Shown here one piece after another: positions 11,901-26,700 of a stretch of 64,000 nucleotides of DNA (position 1 is the stretch's first letter; each line of letters opens with the position of its first letter). The stretch covers positions 1,240,001 to 1,304,000 of the forward strand of contig OZ004613.1 of assembly GCA_963924565.1 (NCBI GenBank), read 5' to 3'. The stretch is from Ascidiella aspersa (taxonomy: Eukaryota). The translations under genes were made by a program, and so were the position numbers. Below the pieces are notes generated by a model. That model was given only the letters and a program-made list of their open reading frames with translations, did not search any database and had not been told where the DNA came from.

Positions 11901-14900
11901 AATCACAGCCCCGCGTGTTTGCAAGTGGTTTAGAAATGGTATTTAACGGATTTCAATTAATAATTCATATCTTTTACTTAACAAAATTATAAAATAAAGA
12001 TTGGATGCGAATGGTGGCAGTAAAAAATACGTTTCTACAGTCGCAGAACTGATTGTCGCAAATGATGCGTTGGGACCTAGAAAGTACTGCGGGTCGCAAG
12101 CATTGCGTAACATTTCGGGCGGATCAAACAAAATATTAAAAATCTTACGTGGTTTAATTCGTAAACGCAATAAATGCGTCAAATGCATTACGAAATTCCT
12201 TTGCACATGTATTAGCCAATATCAAGGCAATTTAACGAAGAAGCGCTGACTAGTTGAACAAACCGGCTCCGGTAGTTTCATCGACGCTGCATTATTCATT
12301 ACTTTAAGTGGGCGCTGGTAGACCAAAAGGTCGTTTCCTTGCATTGGGAGTCAGTGAGGCACGCGAACCAACAGCAATGAGCCGTTCCTTGTTGTTTTTG
12401 TGCAGTAATCCCCTCAGTTTGGCTGAATGTGTGAGTTGATCTACTGAGTACTTCGCGTGTATCAGAGTGCTGGTGCTTAAGGCCGCATTTTTTGCGATTT
12501 TTAATAATTGTTGGTTTTTAAATAGTGTTATTTACGTGTTGTTTACCGGTTTGGTCAACATCGTGTTTTTCCAATTGTTGTAAGTTTTTGATTTTTTAGT
12601 GAAGGGTTCGTAAGGTGTGCCCGAATTCATGAATTTGTTGGTTTGCAGTTTTTAGTTTTTTAATGATAAAAGTAGAGATATTAGCAGGCTAGTTTTGCTG
12701 TAAAGTTGGAAGGCATCATACTTTAAATCGGTATCAGCTAAGTTCATTCTAAGTTTTTGGAGCTAGATTTTGTTCAAATGGCCCACAGTAAAATATTCAT
12801 GTCGCGTAAAAAGTTTCCCGTTTTTTGTTTTCTCTAAAAATGCCTCCTGCTTGGTCAAATGACGCTCTACCGATATTTTGAGTGAGTGAAGAGTTCTAGC
12901 CTTTTTCTGAAGATTCTTTACGCCAAAACGTACAGTTTCAAACGCGAAAGGCCTTTCTTTATAATTTACATGATTTGCGATTATGGCTGTATATGTATCT
13001 ACTACAACGCATGTGCGTCTTGTAGATTTGCATGAAAGTACTTACCACGCATGTGAGCATGTTAGACGAAATAATTACATCGCGCCTAGTTTGGTTAAAA
13101 ATCGGTTAGACATACGTACGTTGTACTTTCTCCTTACTATCACACGCTAGTGTTATTCGTACGTTTGTATCCCGGAGGCATATATCGTAACCCCATGTTA
13201 AATCATGAAGAAAACTGCATTACTGGCATACCTTATGCGCTATTAAGCACCAAAAAGGTGCAAAACGATTGCTGCGGGAAATCAAGGCCCAAAACGCCGC
13301 CGAATCTCGTTACAGGCGCTCAAAGTGCAAAGACAAATGTGGCCGCTGTTTTTGAGCTCTCATGCTGTGCTGCGGGCAAGTTGTCAATTAAGACTCGCAA
13401 CATGCCATTAATTAGTGCTTAGAAAGTCAGCGTCCTGCTGGTTTGCGCTCTGAGGTTGCAGTTGTTTCTAAACGACCGACACAGCGCACCAAGAAAAGGT
13501 ACTTTGCTTTATTACTGCTTTAATAAAAGTTTATTTAAGTGCCCTGTGCGTTAAGGTTCGTAATCCAGATTTAATGGCTCGCCTAGAATAACAATGCAAT
13601 TAAAAACAGCATGTTGATGTTTGTTTTGGTGTATTGAGAAACAACTGGACGTCATGTAATATTTATTGTCGAAGTCATGTGCTTGTTTAATGCTTTTAGC
13701 GCGCTGTGTTATTCCATTCATTGCTGACATATGTTTGTGTTTCATAAGTTAGCCATGCTCTTATTGAAAAACTGCAAAGCATTGTAAATTTTGTGAAGTT
13801 GTGATATTTTAACATTGTGCTGCCGTCGAACATTTCAACATTCCTGATTCAACAACTAGAAATACAAGGCGTCGTATTTCTTCAACCCAATCAGAGACAA
13901 GCGGATAACTACAAGAAAAGGTAAGATTTCTTCGGTTTGAGATACTTTAAAAGGTCATTGATATTTTAGTGTTGATTTTGATTTTTCGGTAAATTGGAAA
14001 TCATATAAATTGGGTCGACTTTTTTACTAGTGGTATAAAAAGTTGGAAAGGTGTGCTTATGCAGACCTCGTAACTTCGAAATTTTTATCTCACAATTGCC
14101 TGACATTTTTTAACCCTGCGTAAGGCTTGTATGAAGGCTTTTAGGCTTGTATAAAGAGGCTGGTAAATTATGAAAAATAGAGTCAAAAACAGGTTCGTTA
14201 CCTTTCGAATCGGCGTCGTAAAGGTCAAATATTCGCAGAAACCTTTAAATAACCTTCCAGCTCGGCGCACATAGTGGTACCACCTGCAGCTACGACTTCG
14301 AATAACCACCTTTTTCAAATCACAAACGAAATTCAATTGTGCATGAACAATAAGCACCCAAGTACGTTTATTAGGTGCTGCGTAATACGGTCGGCAAAAT
14401 TATGCTTCGTTCTGTTTGAAGGTTGCGTGTAGCGCTATGCTTTAGTTGAAATAAAAAGACGGGAGTGAAAACTGTTACCTGTATAGTTCTGTCAAAACTT
14501 AAGGTTTTTGACTTTAGGTTTGCAGTTCTTAATCAAAATTTCTTATTTTTTGCGCTGCTAATTTCATTTTTTTCTTTTGTTTTCGCGCTGTAAAATGTCA
14601 CAACTGTCATAGTGTGAAGATTATCAATTTGTTCCAAGCCATTAGTTGGCCGTGAAAAGGTGCATTAGAGTCGAAATCGGTGTGACTTTCAACCGGGTGT
14701 CGTTTTACGCAGTCTTCCTCCAAGTTCCCAAGATGTGGTTACTCTCAGTTGACCCCAAGTAACCCCTGGCAATTATGCGGTCACGGCTCGAACCGACCAA
14801 TAGCGAACCCTCGCGCACTTTTAAAATCGCCATGGTTTGGTAGCCAGGTGAATTGAGCCTGGGAATTGAAAGCATGAGATGCTTACATAGAATGTGTCCG

Positions 14901-15043
14901 GCTTTTGATTAAAAGGTCGCACCAGTTCGTATTGAGCGGATAATATCGCGCCAACGTGCTAGACTGCTAGTGCTTTGTTGGTTTAGTCCTAGTCTCCCCA
15001 ATTTGTTGGTTTAAGCTTGCAATATTAATGTGCAGTAAATATG

Positions 15044-15181
15044 CTGTTGCTACCAGGCATAGTATATTTAAAATAGGTTCTTCTGGCATATATTTCTTCA
15101 ACCAACGTTTCGCCTTACTATCCGGCAAGCCTTCGTTTTGCTATGTGTGTTAGTCCCTGTCGAAGGCTTGCCTATAGTAAG
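15044..15181. mobile_element. Penelope-like pLTR remnant with inverted hammerhead-like halves
   Basis: CTGTTGCTACCAGG...TTCTGG...AACGTTTCGCCTTACTATCCGGCAAGCCTTCG, followed by an inverted partial copy CCTGTCGAAGGCTTGCCTATAGTAAG. Same family as 57541-57648 and the fragment at ~17237-17262. Confidence 0.5.
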
Positions 15182-17102
15182 TTTATGCAAGGTAGATTAG
15201 GCATTATGGTTTCGTCGTCGTAGTTATTTAATTTGGTCGTTTTGTATAAACGTCGCTTTATACGTTTGAAAGTGTTGGAACTTTATAACCAATGCAGTAA
15301 GCGTCCCTCCCACAATTAACTAACTTTGATATTCAGGCTCAATTAACATGCAAGTATTTTTTTCAAAAAGGTTCTAAATAGAAAAAGTGGACATTGTGTT
15401 CCCGTGTTATGGAAGGTAAACGTGGATAAAAACTCTTACACTGTAAAATAATAATAAAATAGAAGCTTAAACAATAGTCAAATTGTCAACGCCCAGAAGT
15501 TGTTGCAAAACAGCTTTATCTTACCAGCCAAGAACATACAACTCGTATTTACCTAAGCAAGACCCAAGCCGCACATGTCACTTCAAAGTAGGAAACATCC
15601 AACAGTTGCAGAAAGAGCGGACGGGATTATTACGTCATAGGCGTGTAGGTGCGAAGTCTAGGGGGTGCAAGGGTTCCGCCAAGGTGTGCCATTGCCTTTT
15701 CCCCCACAGACCCGCGCCCTTGGGTCCAGGGATTAGTGATAAGGTCCTCTTGTACTTAGCGGCGTGCGCCCAGACTTGCAATAGAGTTCGCAGCAGGAGT
15801 CCTATCCTTGGCTCACTGCTGGCTTTCGAGAGATTTCGAAGCGAAAAAAGGCGACGTAATTACTCTTTTGTGAGGGGCTTGAAAGTCTAGCCCCATTCAC
15901 CAGTCTAGAGTGTCGCTCATTATGCGAGGCTTGCTGAAAACACACCACTATTCAACAGAGGGCGTTGTTTTGTGAAAGGATTCCATTTTAATGTTGTGAA
16001 AAACTGATGGCCTCTGTTTAAAGTGAGAAGTAGTTTTGTACAGAGGCTGTATAGTGAGCGGTTTTACAAAGGTTTCCGTTTTAATATACAGAGGCGCACC
16101 GTAATGCATAATTCACCGATATGCGCTGTCTAGCCTCTATGCATGTTTGATTTTGCTATATTACCATTTTTTTTTGCGTACCATTATTAATTAGGAATCA
16201 ATATATTGCATTTTAGTTGGACTTTGAGTTTGGCAAGAAGAGCGACCAAATAAACCTTTAAGCAAGTGTAGTCGGTTGTTTTTGTAAACTTGTATTTAAT
16301 TTTAGAAATTTGCATTAAACTCTGGTCATTAATTCTAGTATTTATAGCTTTAAAATATATACTAACACAAATTAAAACGAGTATGCTATGTTGGCTAAAT
16401 TGGCCTGATATATTGCCGAATATCGATTTAACGTCACTTGCTGTTTCGCAAATTGTGGATATTTTTGTTGTTTTTCCAATCGATCTTATTCCGAGGCAGG
16501 CAGGTTGTAAAAGTGTTGAGCACAGACAGGTTTTGTGGCCAGGATTTATTGTGCTTGGGCGTTAACGAAAGCTGCTAGGCAAAACCTGTTTCTCCAACCT
16601 ACTTCAACGACTTATGGATGATTTATGTATTGTCTTGCGGTCGCAACTCAAATGTTTACTTTTTCGCGTCACTTTTCCCGATATTTCACAACGCTTTGAT
16701 AATAATTCCTGGTTTATCCAGATCTCTGGCTTAGTCATTATTGTGTGACTGAGCAAATATAGACGAAACGCCTCCAGCAAATCCGCCTTTTTCTGCCGTT
16801 TTTACCTGTGCGTAATGTCTGCACAGTCACTGTAGGTTTGTAGGGTTGGCTGACATGTTAGGGGCCGCATAGAAAGAGTTGAGTAAACAGAAAGCGGGTA
16901 CGTGTCTAGAACACGTTTGCTGTTAATGTATGCAGAACATGGAAAGTATATGGAGTTTATGCTTTCAGCGGTAAAATGGTTTTAAAACCCCGGTTGATTT
17001 GATCTGGGTTCCTAGAATGACGCTTGTTATTGTTTCGTCTGCTTTTAGGTTGGTCTGTCATTTCTATTGAAGATGAGTCAAGTTTAGTGGTTTAGATTGT
17101 GT

Positions 17103-17186
17103 GTTAAACATGGCTTATATGAGTAAGAACAGAGCTTTATGTTAGTTAAACATGGCTTATATGAGTAAGAACAGAGCTTTATGTTA
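17103..17186. repeat. Exact 42-bp tandem duplication
   Basis: gttaaacatggcttatatgagtaagaacagagctttatgtta x2. Confidence 0.95.
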
Positions 17187-17716
17187 TGTAACCATAACTT
17201 AATTAGTTTTCTTTTGACAGACTAATTCTAAATGAGATATAAACTGTTGCTACCAGACATAATATTTTCTTAAAATGCTAGTCTTAATTGAGTTTTAAGG
17301 GTATAGTAACTAGGGATACAGAGTTGCCCTGGTTTATTATATTCTTTAAGTTGTTTCTATTTGTTTTTGTTGAATAACTAATAACTAGTCTGCTTTTAGG
17401 TCATATAGTCATTGTTTGAAACATGGCGTGGTTTATATTTTTAACTTGCAACTAGGAGAAAGTTTTCTGTTATGTAATGTAAATATTAGTGAAATGATTT
17501 TCTTTTAAACTTAGTTACACACCAGTCATAAGTTTAAAGGCCATAGAATGGGAATATGGCAGGAAACAGGCTTTGAAATATATTATATTCTTTAAATTGT
17601 GTCCAATGTGTTTTTAAAAATTAATATTTTTTTTTTGCCACAGTTAACCGACAAAAATTCTTGGAAACGTGTATTGGTGTTCAGGTCTGGAAGATAGACC
17701 TTCAATAAGCGAAAAG

Positions 17717-20700
17717 ATGCATCCTGCCAGCAGAAACCAACAGTGGAATACCCACCTGAAAACTATCGGATTACTCGTCGCCGTCTTGCTTCAAATCATT
17801 CCACCAAGCAAAAGTCAAGCCTTTGTAGAGGTGCCAGCCAGTGGTGAGTGACTTTAAGGCTGAAAGTTTTTTATTTTTTTATTTAAAGGTGTTGGGTAGT
17901 TGCACAGGTTGTGTGACAAATGATACAAATGCTTGGTTGAATTTGGCAATGTCATGTTACAATATTTCAACAAGGATGGTATATGTCACTTAAAAGCAGT
18001 TTAATGTTACTTTTACTTCGAAATAATTTATTTTACTGACTACAAATGTTAGAAAATATTAGTAACAGTATATTTAGTACATGGTTTTTAAACTTAAAAG
18101 TGAAAATCATGGTTTTGTAAACCCACCAAAATAAAGTATTGCATAAAAAATAACATTTTGAAAATGTTGAGAGTTGAACAAATTTTAACTTTTACTTCTG
18201 AACAACATTTTAATTTATGTTAGGTAAAGATTTCCTAAAACCATATAAGATTGATAGTTTAACATAAAAACAGCACTTGAATGATGGCTGGGTGGAAAAA
18301 TTATACCTCAGTGGTAATTTTTAGTTTTCTATTGTGCTATGCCAGTCTTCCTTTTTGCTACAGTTTTCCATTTACTCCCAGTAATAACCTTCTCCAGTTC
18401 AGTAACAACCACTCAATATAACAAACTCCCAGTTGTAGTGTATTAGCTATTGTGGCGTGTATTCTGGATCCACAACAAAACCTTGCTTTTTGGTCTGTTG
18501 TCACGCAACGCATACGACCGTTTGTGAGATCTGCCCAACCGGCAATATTCACTTGTAACGTGTAATTTGCTGGAGCCAGTGGCATTTTATCGCATCCACA
18601 ACATGTTTTTTTGCCATTTGGACAGGAAATGAAATATACCTTAAAATATAGCAATATGTTGGACAAATTTAAGCGAAGTACAAAAGCGTTACGGTAGCTT
18701 TAAAACAAAGGGTATTTCAAGCAATGCTTTGTCTTATTTTATTTAGTTAAAACGAGACATTTTTGTCGCCAAATATACAATAGTTTGTTTGTATGGGAAT
18801 ACAAAAAATTCATACTTTCCACACCAAAACCGTTATAATAATTTTCAAATTATCTGTAAACTTCATAATTTTACGCAGCGCTAGAGTTACCAAGCATCGG
18901 GAAAAGTGTTCAGTTAGTAAGATTAAAAACATTTTCATGTTGTTCTTCCATGGTTTATTCCGCTTTTGCCGTTCTAATGAATATACGACTATTGCTAACC
19001 CTAGCATAATTTTACGCGGAGCCCCTCGGAGCATCTGCTTTAACATCGATGTTGAAAATAAATAAAGACATATTGGAAAGGTTCACAAAATGCCACATAC
19101 GCTCATATAGGCGCTGTGATATTCTAACTACGTCTTACTACAACGCAGAACAGTGAGTGTTTCGCGCCACAGACAACCACTTTACTCATTACCTCGTAAT
19201 AACATTTATAATATTCCCACCGTCGCCGCTGCATCCAATTTCAAGAGCGACGTTAATCCCATTACACCCCGAAGCACTTCGCGCGTTTTCGATTGTCTCC
19301 CATTGTCTACCACTGTGACGTGGTCCCAACGGCAAAGACGCAGTTTAATTTTACTGGAGACGGTTTCGTTTTTATAACGAAGTTTGTCTTGTGGGAACTT
19401 ACGCCCGTCTAGCTCTGTTCACATTGATATTTTATTGGTTGTGCATTTTTACAATTTAAACGCACTTGCAAATAATATTTTTGACCCACTAATCACTATG
19501 GAAGTATTTCGAACCCATATTGGTAAATATTCCCTTATAATTTATGCACGCGTTAAATGTCTATCAAAAATCAAGTAATCATTGGTAATCCTGAAAAGTT
19601 CAGATTTGTTGTGAGGTTAAAATGCGTAGAAGTTGATATACCGTAGAAATGCCACATGAAACACTCTGTTGTCAATGCTTAAGCGTAGCTTTTCACCAAT
19701 GCTTAGTTAACTGGTGCATCGCCTAATTCATCGTATTTCAGCTCAGCGAGTCAATACGTTACTTTGTACGTGGGAACAATCTGCTTATGACACATTGTCG
19801 TCCTGTATATGACTGCTTAGCTGTAGGTTCAATTGCACGTTACATCGCATACATAAGGTCGCACGACTGCAAAAACAAATCTGCACAACCCGTACTGTAA
19901 TTGCGAAAGCCTGGTTTAAAACATTGCAGTTTGTTCGTAACCATACAACAACAAAAATACATGTAAAAATATTGCTTTGCTACTTGAAGGGTTACTTAAA
20001 TAATAATAAAAGACATTTGAAATGTGTTTTAATAGCTTAGAATTGAAATCAGCCGGCAAGTTGTAAAAACTTATTTTGCGAAATATGCATTACGTGTTCT
20101 GTTGGAGGGCAAGATCCTGTTGTGAAAACACATAAAAAGCCGAAATACGTTTTTGTCAACAATTGCGTATCAACCTACATTTCCTATCTGAAGTTATTAT
20201 AATCTGCATGACTTTTCTCCAGGAAGGAGATTGTTTTCTTGGCATGTTCATACAAACATCTCTGCTCTTTGTTATTATTTTAACTTCTTGCTCATAGCGC
20301 ATATTGGGAGATGTTTGTTTCTTTGGATTTTACGCGAAGCCCTCCACGCCTATATGAAGCAAAGCGAGCATTAGCGCAACTTCCTTTGTTTAAGATTGCG
20401 CTCGTCGAAATACAAAGACAGTTATTCTGCCACTTCCGTCAATTGTTTACTCCTTTAGTTGGTCTATCAACTATTTGTTTTGAAAACAACTAGAAGGGAT
20501 AGGACAAAGTGTTGTCCGCTATAAGTCCTTTCAAACGCGTTAGGTGGTATTGCGATTACAATCGTGTCTAAACTTTGACGCATTTTTTAACATTGTAAGT
20601 GTGGTATTTTATTAAGGAGAAAAAAAGAAAATGAATTAATTGCAAAACTAGCTGCTATATAATGATAGTTTGGCAAAGAAGATTAAAAAGTTTACCAAAT

Positions 20701-23700
20701 TTATAATGTCTGTTGTCCAAATTTACAATCGTTTGGCCAACACCCTATAAAAATAAAGAATTAAGAGTTTAGCTTTAGTTATATATAGGTTTTTAATTCC
20801 TATTTTGAATAATCACGGCGAAATACTTTATTATGGATTTTGCAAAACTTACAAGCCAAGTTTTTTTCCACCCGCGTCTAAGTTGCAACACACACCGAAA
20901 CATTATTTTTCACAAATCACGTCATTGATTGCTCCACAGGCACGTGCAAATCGATGTGTAATAGCAACAACGGCTTGTCTTAGTGCGTTACAAGGTAGCG
21001 GTAATGCCCTGAGGGATTTTGCGCTCGAGAAAGATCAAAGACGACAAGCGCATCTCGGCTTTGTTTTATGTTGTGTGAAATTGATTTTTGATTGCCCGCT
21101 GGTTCGCACTGCCATCTGTCTTGTCACGAGCAATTGTAGCAGACAGATACAACGCTTCCCGTGATTGTAAAGACGCGCTCTTTAGGGATTTACTCGGCGG
21201 TCGCCAGGGATTTGTCTTATTACTCGCTTGATTAAAAGCTACCTGGCGGAATGTCGCTCCTTGTAACAAAACTATTGAAATCCTTATTTGTAATTGAAAA
21301 ATTGAAGTTCTATTTTGGCTTATTTATTATTAAAACAAGCAAAAAAGATTGTTCATATGCTAGGAGCAATAAGACGTTCATCAAGGATATTCAAATCAAA
21401 TTGATTTTAAAATGTGATTATATGTTTTTAATACTTTTAAAAATATTTATTGCCATTGTCTTAAAACCTACGTAAAAATACGACATAAGAATGTTGATGA
21501 CAGCAATATCAGTCTGATAATCTCTAACCATAAACCACCAACCTTAACCCTCCAGGCCTTGATACTACTTTTGTTTGAAGTTTTGTAAACTATCCCCAAA
21601 ATCGAGGTTAAAAATCAAGTTAAACCGACCACGACGATTCTTACTTTCTCGTTTCCATTCGACCTTTTTGCGCGAATTTTGAAGATTTCAACCGAATCAC
21701 ATCATTTCATGCCTTGGGATTTTGTAAACACCCACAACCCCTTAAAATGATGGGTAAAATGGCAAGACACCCTTAAAAACGTCCCTATTTACCCCCTTCG
21801 ACCCCCAAATGTCACCCATCACCCAACAGGGCATCAATTGTAGCAAAGACGACCATTGAAGCGATACAAATGAAGGGTTGCAAGCACCCAGATAAACTTT
21901 AGTCAAAGCTCATAGCTTCCTTACATCCATCAACAGAGGAAATATAAAAAGGTCGCTTTTCCGTAAAAACTGCCCTTTTTGTAAAAACTTTGTTGTTTTA
22001 AGATTGCTGTTGCGGCTGAGAGTTTTTAATGATATTAATTTATTTGTTGAAGTCCAGTTTAGTTTTTTGGGTCGGCTTATTACATAAAGGGCTAAGACCT
22101 GGTGCCCGTGGGCGCATTTAATTTTTGCGTCGAAATTTAGTAACCTGATTATTATCAAAACAAGGAAAACTGGAATCATTATACATTTAACAAAACAAGG
22201 CTGTTCGTTGTGTGCATCTCACAGCATTTTAACTGTATTCGCCTGTTTAAGGCAATATGCGTAGGCCGTAGTTCGTTGAAGCATTATTTAGTTGCACCTT
22301 GACAACTATTAAATCAAGTCGACCATCCCTCGATAATATGTCGGAATGTTTTACAAGTGATTTCACGCCTACAAATTCCAACCTTGTAAAAAATGCGTCG
22401 TAACGACAAATTTCCACTACAAACTACAAAGCTTATGTATCAATTTATAACAACCACAGGACAACAAATCATTTCTAATGTATTAGCGCTTTAAATAGGT
22501 AAACATTACGTAACGCAATCACACTTTAAAATCATTCGCTTTAATTAGCCGCAATATCCGGTTTCAATTTGACCAACTTAGCCTATCAACCTTAAACGAA
22601 CTTTATGCACTTTAATCGGCTTGTGCAAAGCGGATGTGGCCTCTACTACCTTTGTATAGCAGCAGACCTCGCTTATTCAAAGCAAGCATAAGTTTGAACG
22701 CACTGTGGGTTGTGAACCTTGAGTAAGACCTAGTGATATTATTACTGCGGGAATGACTCCTGGTATATTGCGGTGTGTTTCTTACTCCTCCCAAGATAAC
22801 ACAAGTCTTGGGGATTTTCTAACGATCTGATGATTATGACTTGGTCCATTTGTCAACAAATAATCATATGTCGGTGTATCACTGTTGCACTGAATGTGTT
22901 ATATTTGAATCACCTTGACACTGGCTGCATCAAGTCCAGATAGGTCACAGCAGAATAGTCAAACACTTTATAGATGCTAAAAACGATATATTTATGTATT
23001 TATTTTACCGGCAAAGGCAAAAGTACTAGTATATATTATTCAAATAGAATTTTATTGACATATTTAAAAAGTTCCCGACCTTAATGCTAGCAATGGTCTA
23101 TCTTTAGAAAAACCACATTGTTCCCTACTTCTGTGTAGAATTTGAATTTTTTTTTACGTTTACTAAATGCGGTTAAGTTTATATGAATCTAATATTGGTA
23201 TTTGCCCTTTGTATCTCACAAAAATGTTATGTGAAATTCAGACTATTTCCATTACAATCACATGTAATACGTTTCTTTTCAACGTTTAACCAAATTTCGA
23301 CACAAAACCATGTTTTCCAAATAGTGTAAGCGTGGTACACGAACCAGAAAATCGTTACATCACCCAAACACGGCCACAAAGTGTTAACTGGTGCAGAAAA
23401 TGCCTGTGTTTGTCTCAAACTCGACCAGTCTTTGTCTCCCAACCCCGATTATGCGCAATAGACATCCTCGTCTAAAGATTAACGACCTTTTCCTGACGCT
23501 TTACTGCTAAGGCTAGACGTTTGCGCAGAGACTTGAATTTGTAATTTTTTGTTTCGCGGTGGTGAGAATATCAAAGCCCATACTGAAGTAGCTAGTGTTT
23601 TGAACGTTTTATAAAAAATCTTTATCCGTTTCCGGCATGTTGTCGTGGAAATTAAACACTCTGGTGGGAAATTTGAATATTTAGAAACCCTTAAAGACTT

Positions 23701-26700
23701 TTTTTCACAAAATGCATCGTGAAAATGCGTTTCTTAACGCGAGCGTATAAAAGTTAGGCTTTTGGGTGATAATTTTTCGCTTTCTGTTAGTTAAAGACTC
23801 ATTTTGGCGCTAAAACATATATTTTTTAACTGTTATTTTCAATATAAACCTTCCGATTCAAGCGCCGTCCAAAATTGCAGTCGATGTTATGTTATGCCAC
23901 GTTTCGCAAACGAACTGCGGTCTTGCACGCAACTTGGCACACGAAACACTGTTTAAACGTGAAAACATTATTTCTGTTCACTTCAATGCTTTTCAAAGAA
24001 AATTTGTTTAAACTCTCCAAGCGTAAGCCAAGCAATCAGCTAATTAATCTGAGCCTTGTTTATAATTGCACCTGGCAAAGCAACGACTTTATTATTTTGT
24101 TGATTATGGCTTGCTGTTTCAACTTTTTAAATGGTCTCCATAGCGGACCTTGTATTGAATTACGCTTGTTGTTAGGTTTCTATACGATACATTGACGCGC
24201 AGGCTTGTATAGAGAACAACTCCACACATTTCCATGACATTAATCAGCTTAATACCATCGATAAGCTCATATTTGTTTTTTAAATTAGTCATAAATCAAA
24301 GTATTTTCCTGGGGAATGTTCAAAATTAAAATTTGTGTTAACCTATTTTCCTTGATTTAAAATACCGTTTAATTTTGTAATAGTTTAGTAAAACATATGA
24401 TTTTCTCACTTAGGAACTTGAGACTTTTTTCATTTCCTTTCTGACAAATGGGACAAAAAAAAATTTCCTTTTTGACAATTGGACATAAAAACGGCTTCAA
24501 AATAAGTCGATTCCCACGATTTTCTGTCCCTTGCGCTCTTTCCCACCGAATATTTGACAGAGCGTTTTATGTGTTGTTGTGAATGCCTGTCATCAGGATT
24601 TCCGCTCTCAAGAATCTGTGTATTCAACCCAGAGAGCTTCACAAGGCTCATACAAAGTCAACCTTCGCCGCTATACACGAAAAATAAACGGCCCGCTGAT
24701 TGAAGATTTGATTTAACTTGATAATTTTACCATTATGTCATAACTTTCCTTTAAATAAAGTCTGTGTTTTTGCATTAGTAAAAAATTAAAACTTATGTTT
24801 AATTAATCTGTGATTAATATAAAAATAAGTAAAATGCAAAATTACGAGATCATGATTTATTACTTAATGTTATTTAAACTTTAAAACTGACTCAAAAAGC
24901 GTGGTACTCATAAAACTTAAAAGCCCAGAAATCAAGCGTTGCCCACATAGGTGTGTTTTGCCCTTTCGTCAAATTTCAATAAAGTTACAGTTGGTTAATT
25001 GGTTATTTGATTCCGAATCCACAGCAGAAGTTGTCAAGTTAGTTTCAGTTTGTGCTTTTTGTGGGAACTGATAACTTCAGGAAACGGTGTGTATGTTAAA
25101 CGTGGGCAGCGTATGATGGGAAATACTGACGAAGTAACATCTCATTTCCTCAGCGCCTATTTGCAATGTCAGCTCGTGTGTTGGCTGAGTAAGCAGCATC
25201 TGCTTGTTTTGTCAACTCTGCAAATCCTGTTTATTCTTCCACGTTTAAATTTTGTATTTTGTTGGTGACCAAAAATGGAGTCGGTTTTGTACGCTGGAAA
25301 TGTTGATGTTTTGGTTTAAACACCATGTTGTAGAGTTTCGTAAAAGAGCCTCTTTTTACCTAATTTGGATTTCTATTAACCATTGAGCAATACGTAATCA
25401 TAATCTCTACATAACACTCTTGGAATTTTAGTCTTAAAGATTAACTCACTTACGAAATGATGTGATTTTCTCCCCAACTATGCCGAGGATTTCTTGTAGT
25501 AGAAATTAGCGAACAAAAACTTACTAAATGTTGTGATTTTTTGCTGAAAAATGCACCGGAATCACAGGATTTTCGGTTAAATCACACAAAACCTTCCCAC
25601 GCCTACAAAAACTGACCTTAAAACCCCAAAATTCGACCCAGAATCGTCATGATATCATCCGGTCGTTAGATCTAGTTCCCATCGCCTCTGGCATTATTCG
25701 AATTTTTAAATGATGCGAAATCAGTCATGCGTGCGATGACGCAGGTCGCATGCGAAGTGATCTCAGGTCGGAATGCGGTTGTAACTTTATCTGTAACACC
25801 TAAGTGTCGGGAAATGAAGATGTTACCGTTATTATGCGGCCCATGTGAACTAGGCCATGAAGAAGGGTTACTAGTCGGATTTTGAGAAAACAAATATTTA
25901 AGCAAAGCGCAAAACTGTTAAAATTCATTTATCTTACTGCTGCTTATTATATTATTATTTAACCTCAATTAGTCTACTGATGCTATTTTTTAAATATTAT
26001 AACTTTTGTCAACATACTTTATGTTGAAAATAAAGAAAGTTATCCAAAACGTTCAAAATGCTACTTACTGCTATATGGGATTTCATATTCTTACTACGTC
26101 CTACTGATTTAGATAATGTATTTTAACTTCAGCCAACATTTTCACGTGTTTTAAATTGTCTGTGAACCCTCCCGGCAGGTTTCATGGGAATTTAAACTTT
26201 TTCGTCACCCCTGCTTTGAAATATCAGACCCACCCGTATTTCCAGCAGTCTAACATTGTGAACAGATTTCAGTGGCCGTGATAATGCAATTGGCCCGAAA
26301 AAACACAAATTCTCTTCAAAGATATAAATTATTTTCGCTCAAAAACCACGCAAATCGTTGGCAAGTCAATTTCAATCTTTAAATTTTAGTCTCCTGTAAT
26401 TTGAAGCCCATTTTTCATGCTCTGTCGGGATTAGGAGATTTACCACACAAACGTGGCACCAAGTGACTCATCGCGTGAGGCCTGTGACCGGAATTCGCCC
26501 CCTTGGGGTTGGCGTTACCCCACACACAACAGATTAGGGGGGTTTTGCAGGGGTTAGCTTGTTTGTTGAGGTGTAACCTTTACGGTTTTACAAATCGTAG
26601 GAACTAGTGAAGTAATTACGTAATTATTTTTTGTTTAAAATGTTGCTTAAAATAGGATGGTGAACTGTTTGTTTCAGACTATTTGTCGCGTTAAACCTTT

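Noticed and set aside
12350-13925. Possible non-coding 5' exons of the semaphorin (donor-like sites at ~12431 and ~13921)
   Set aside because: Plausible, since an acceptor at 17643 precedes the ATG, but cannot be supported without transcripts.
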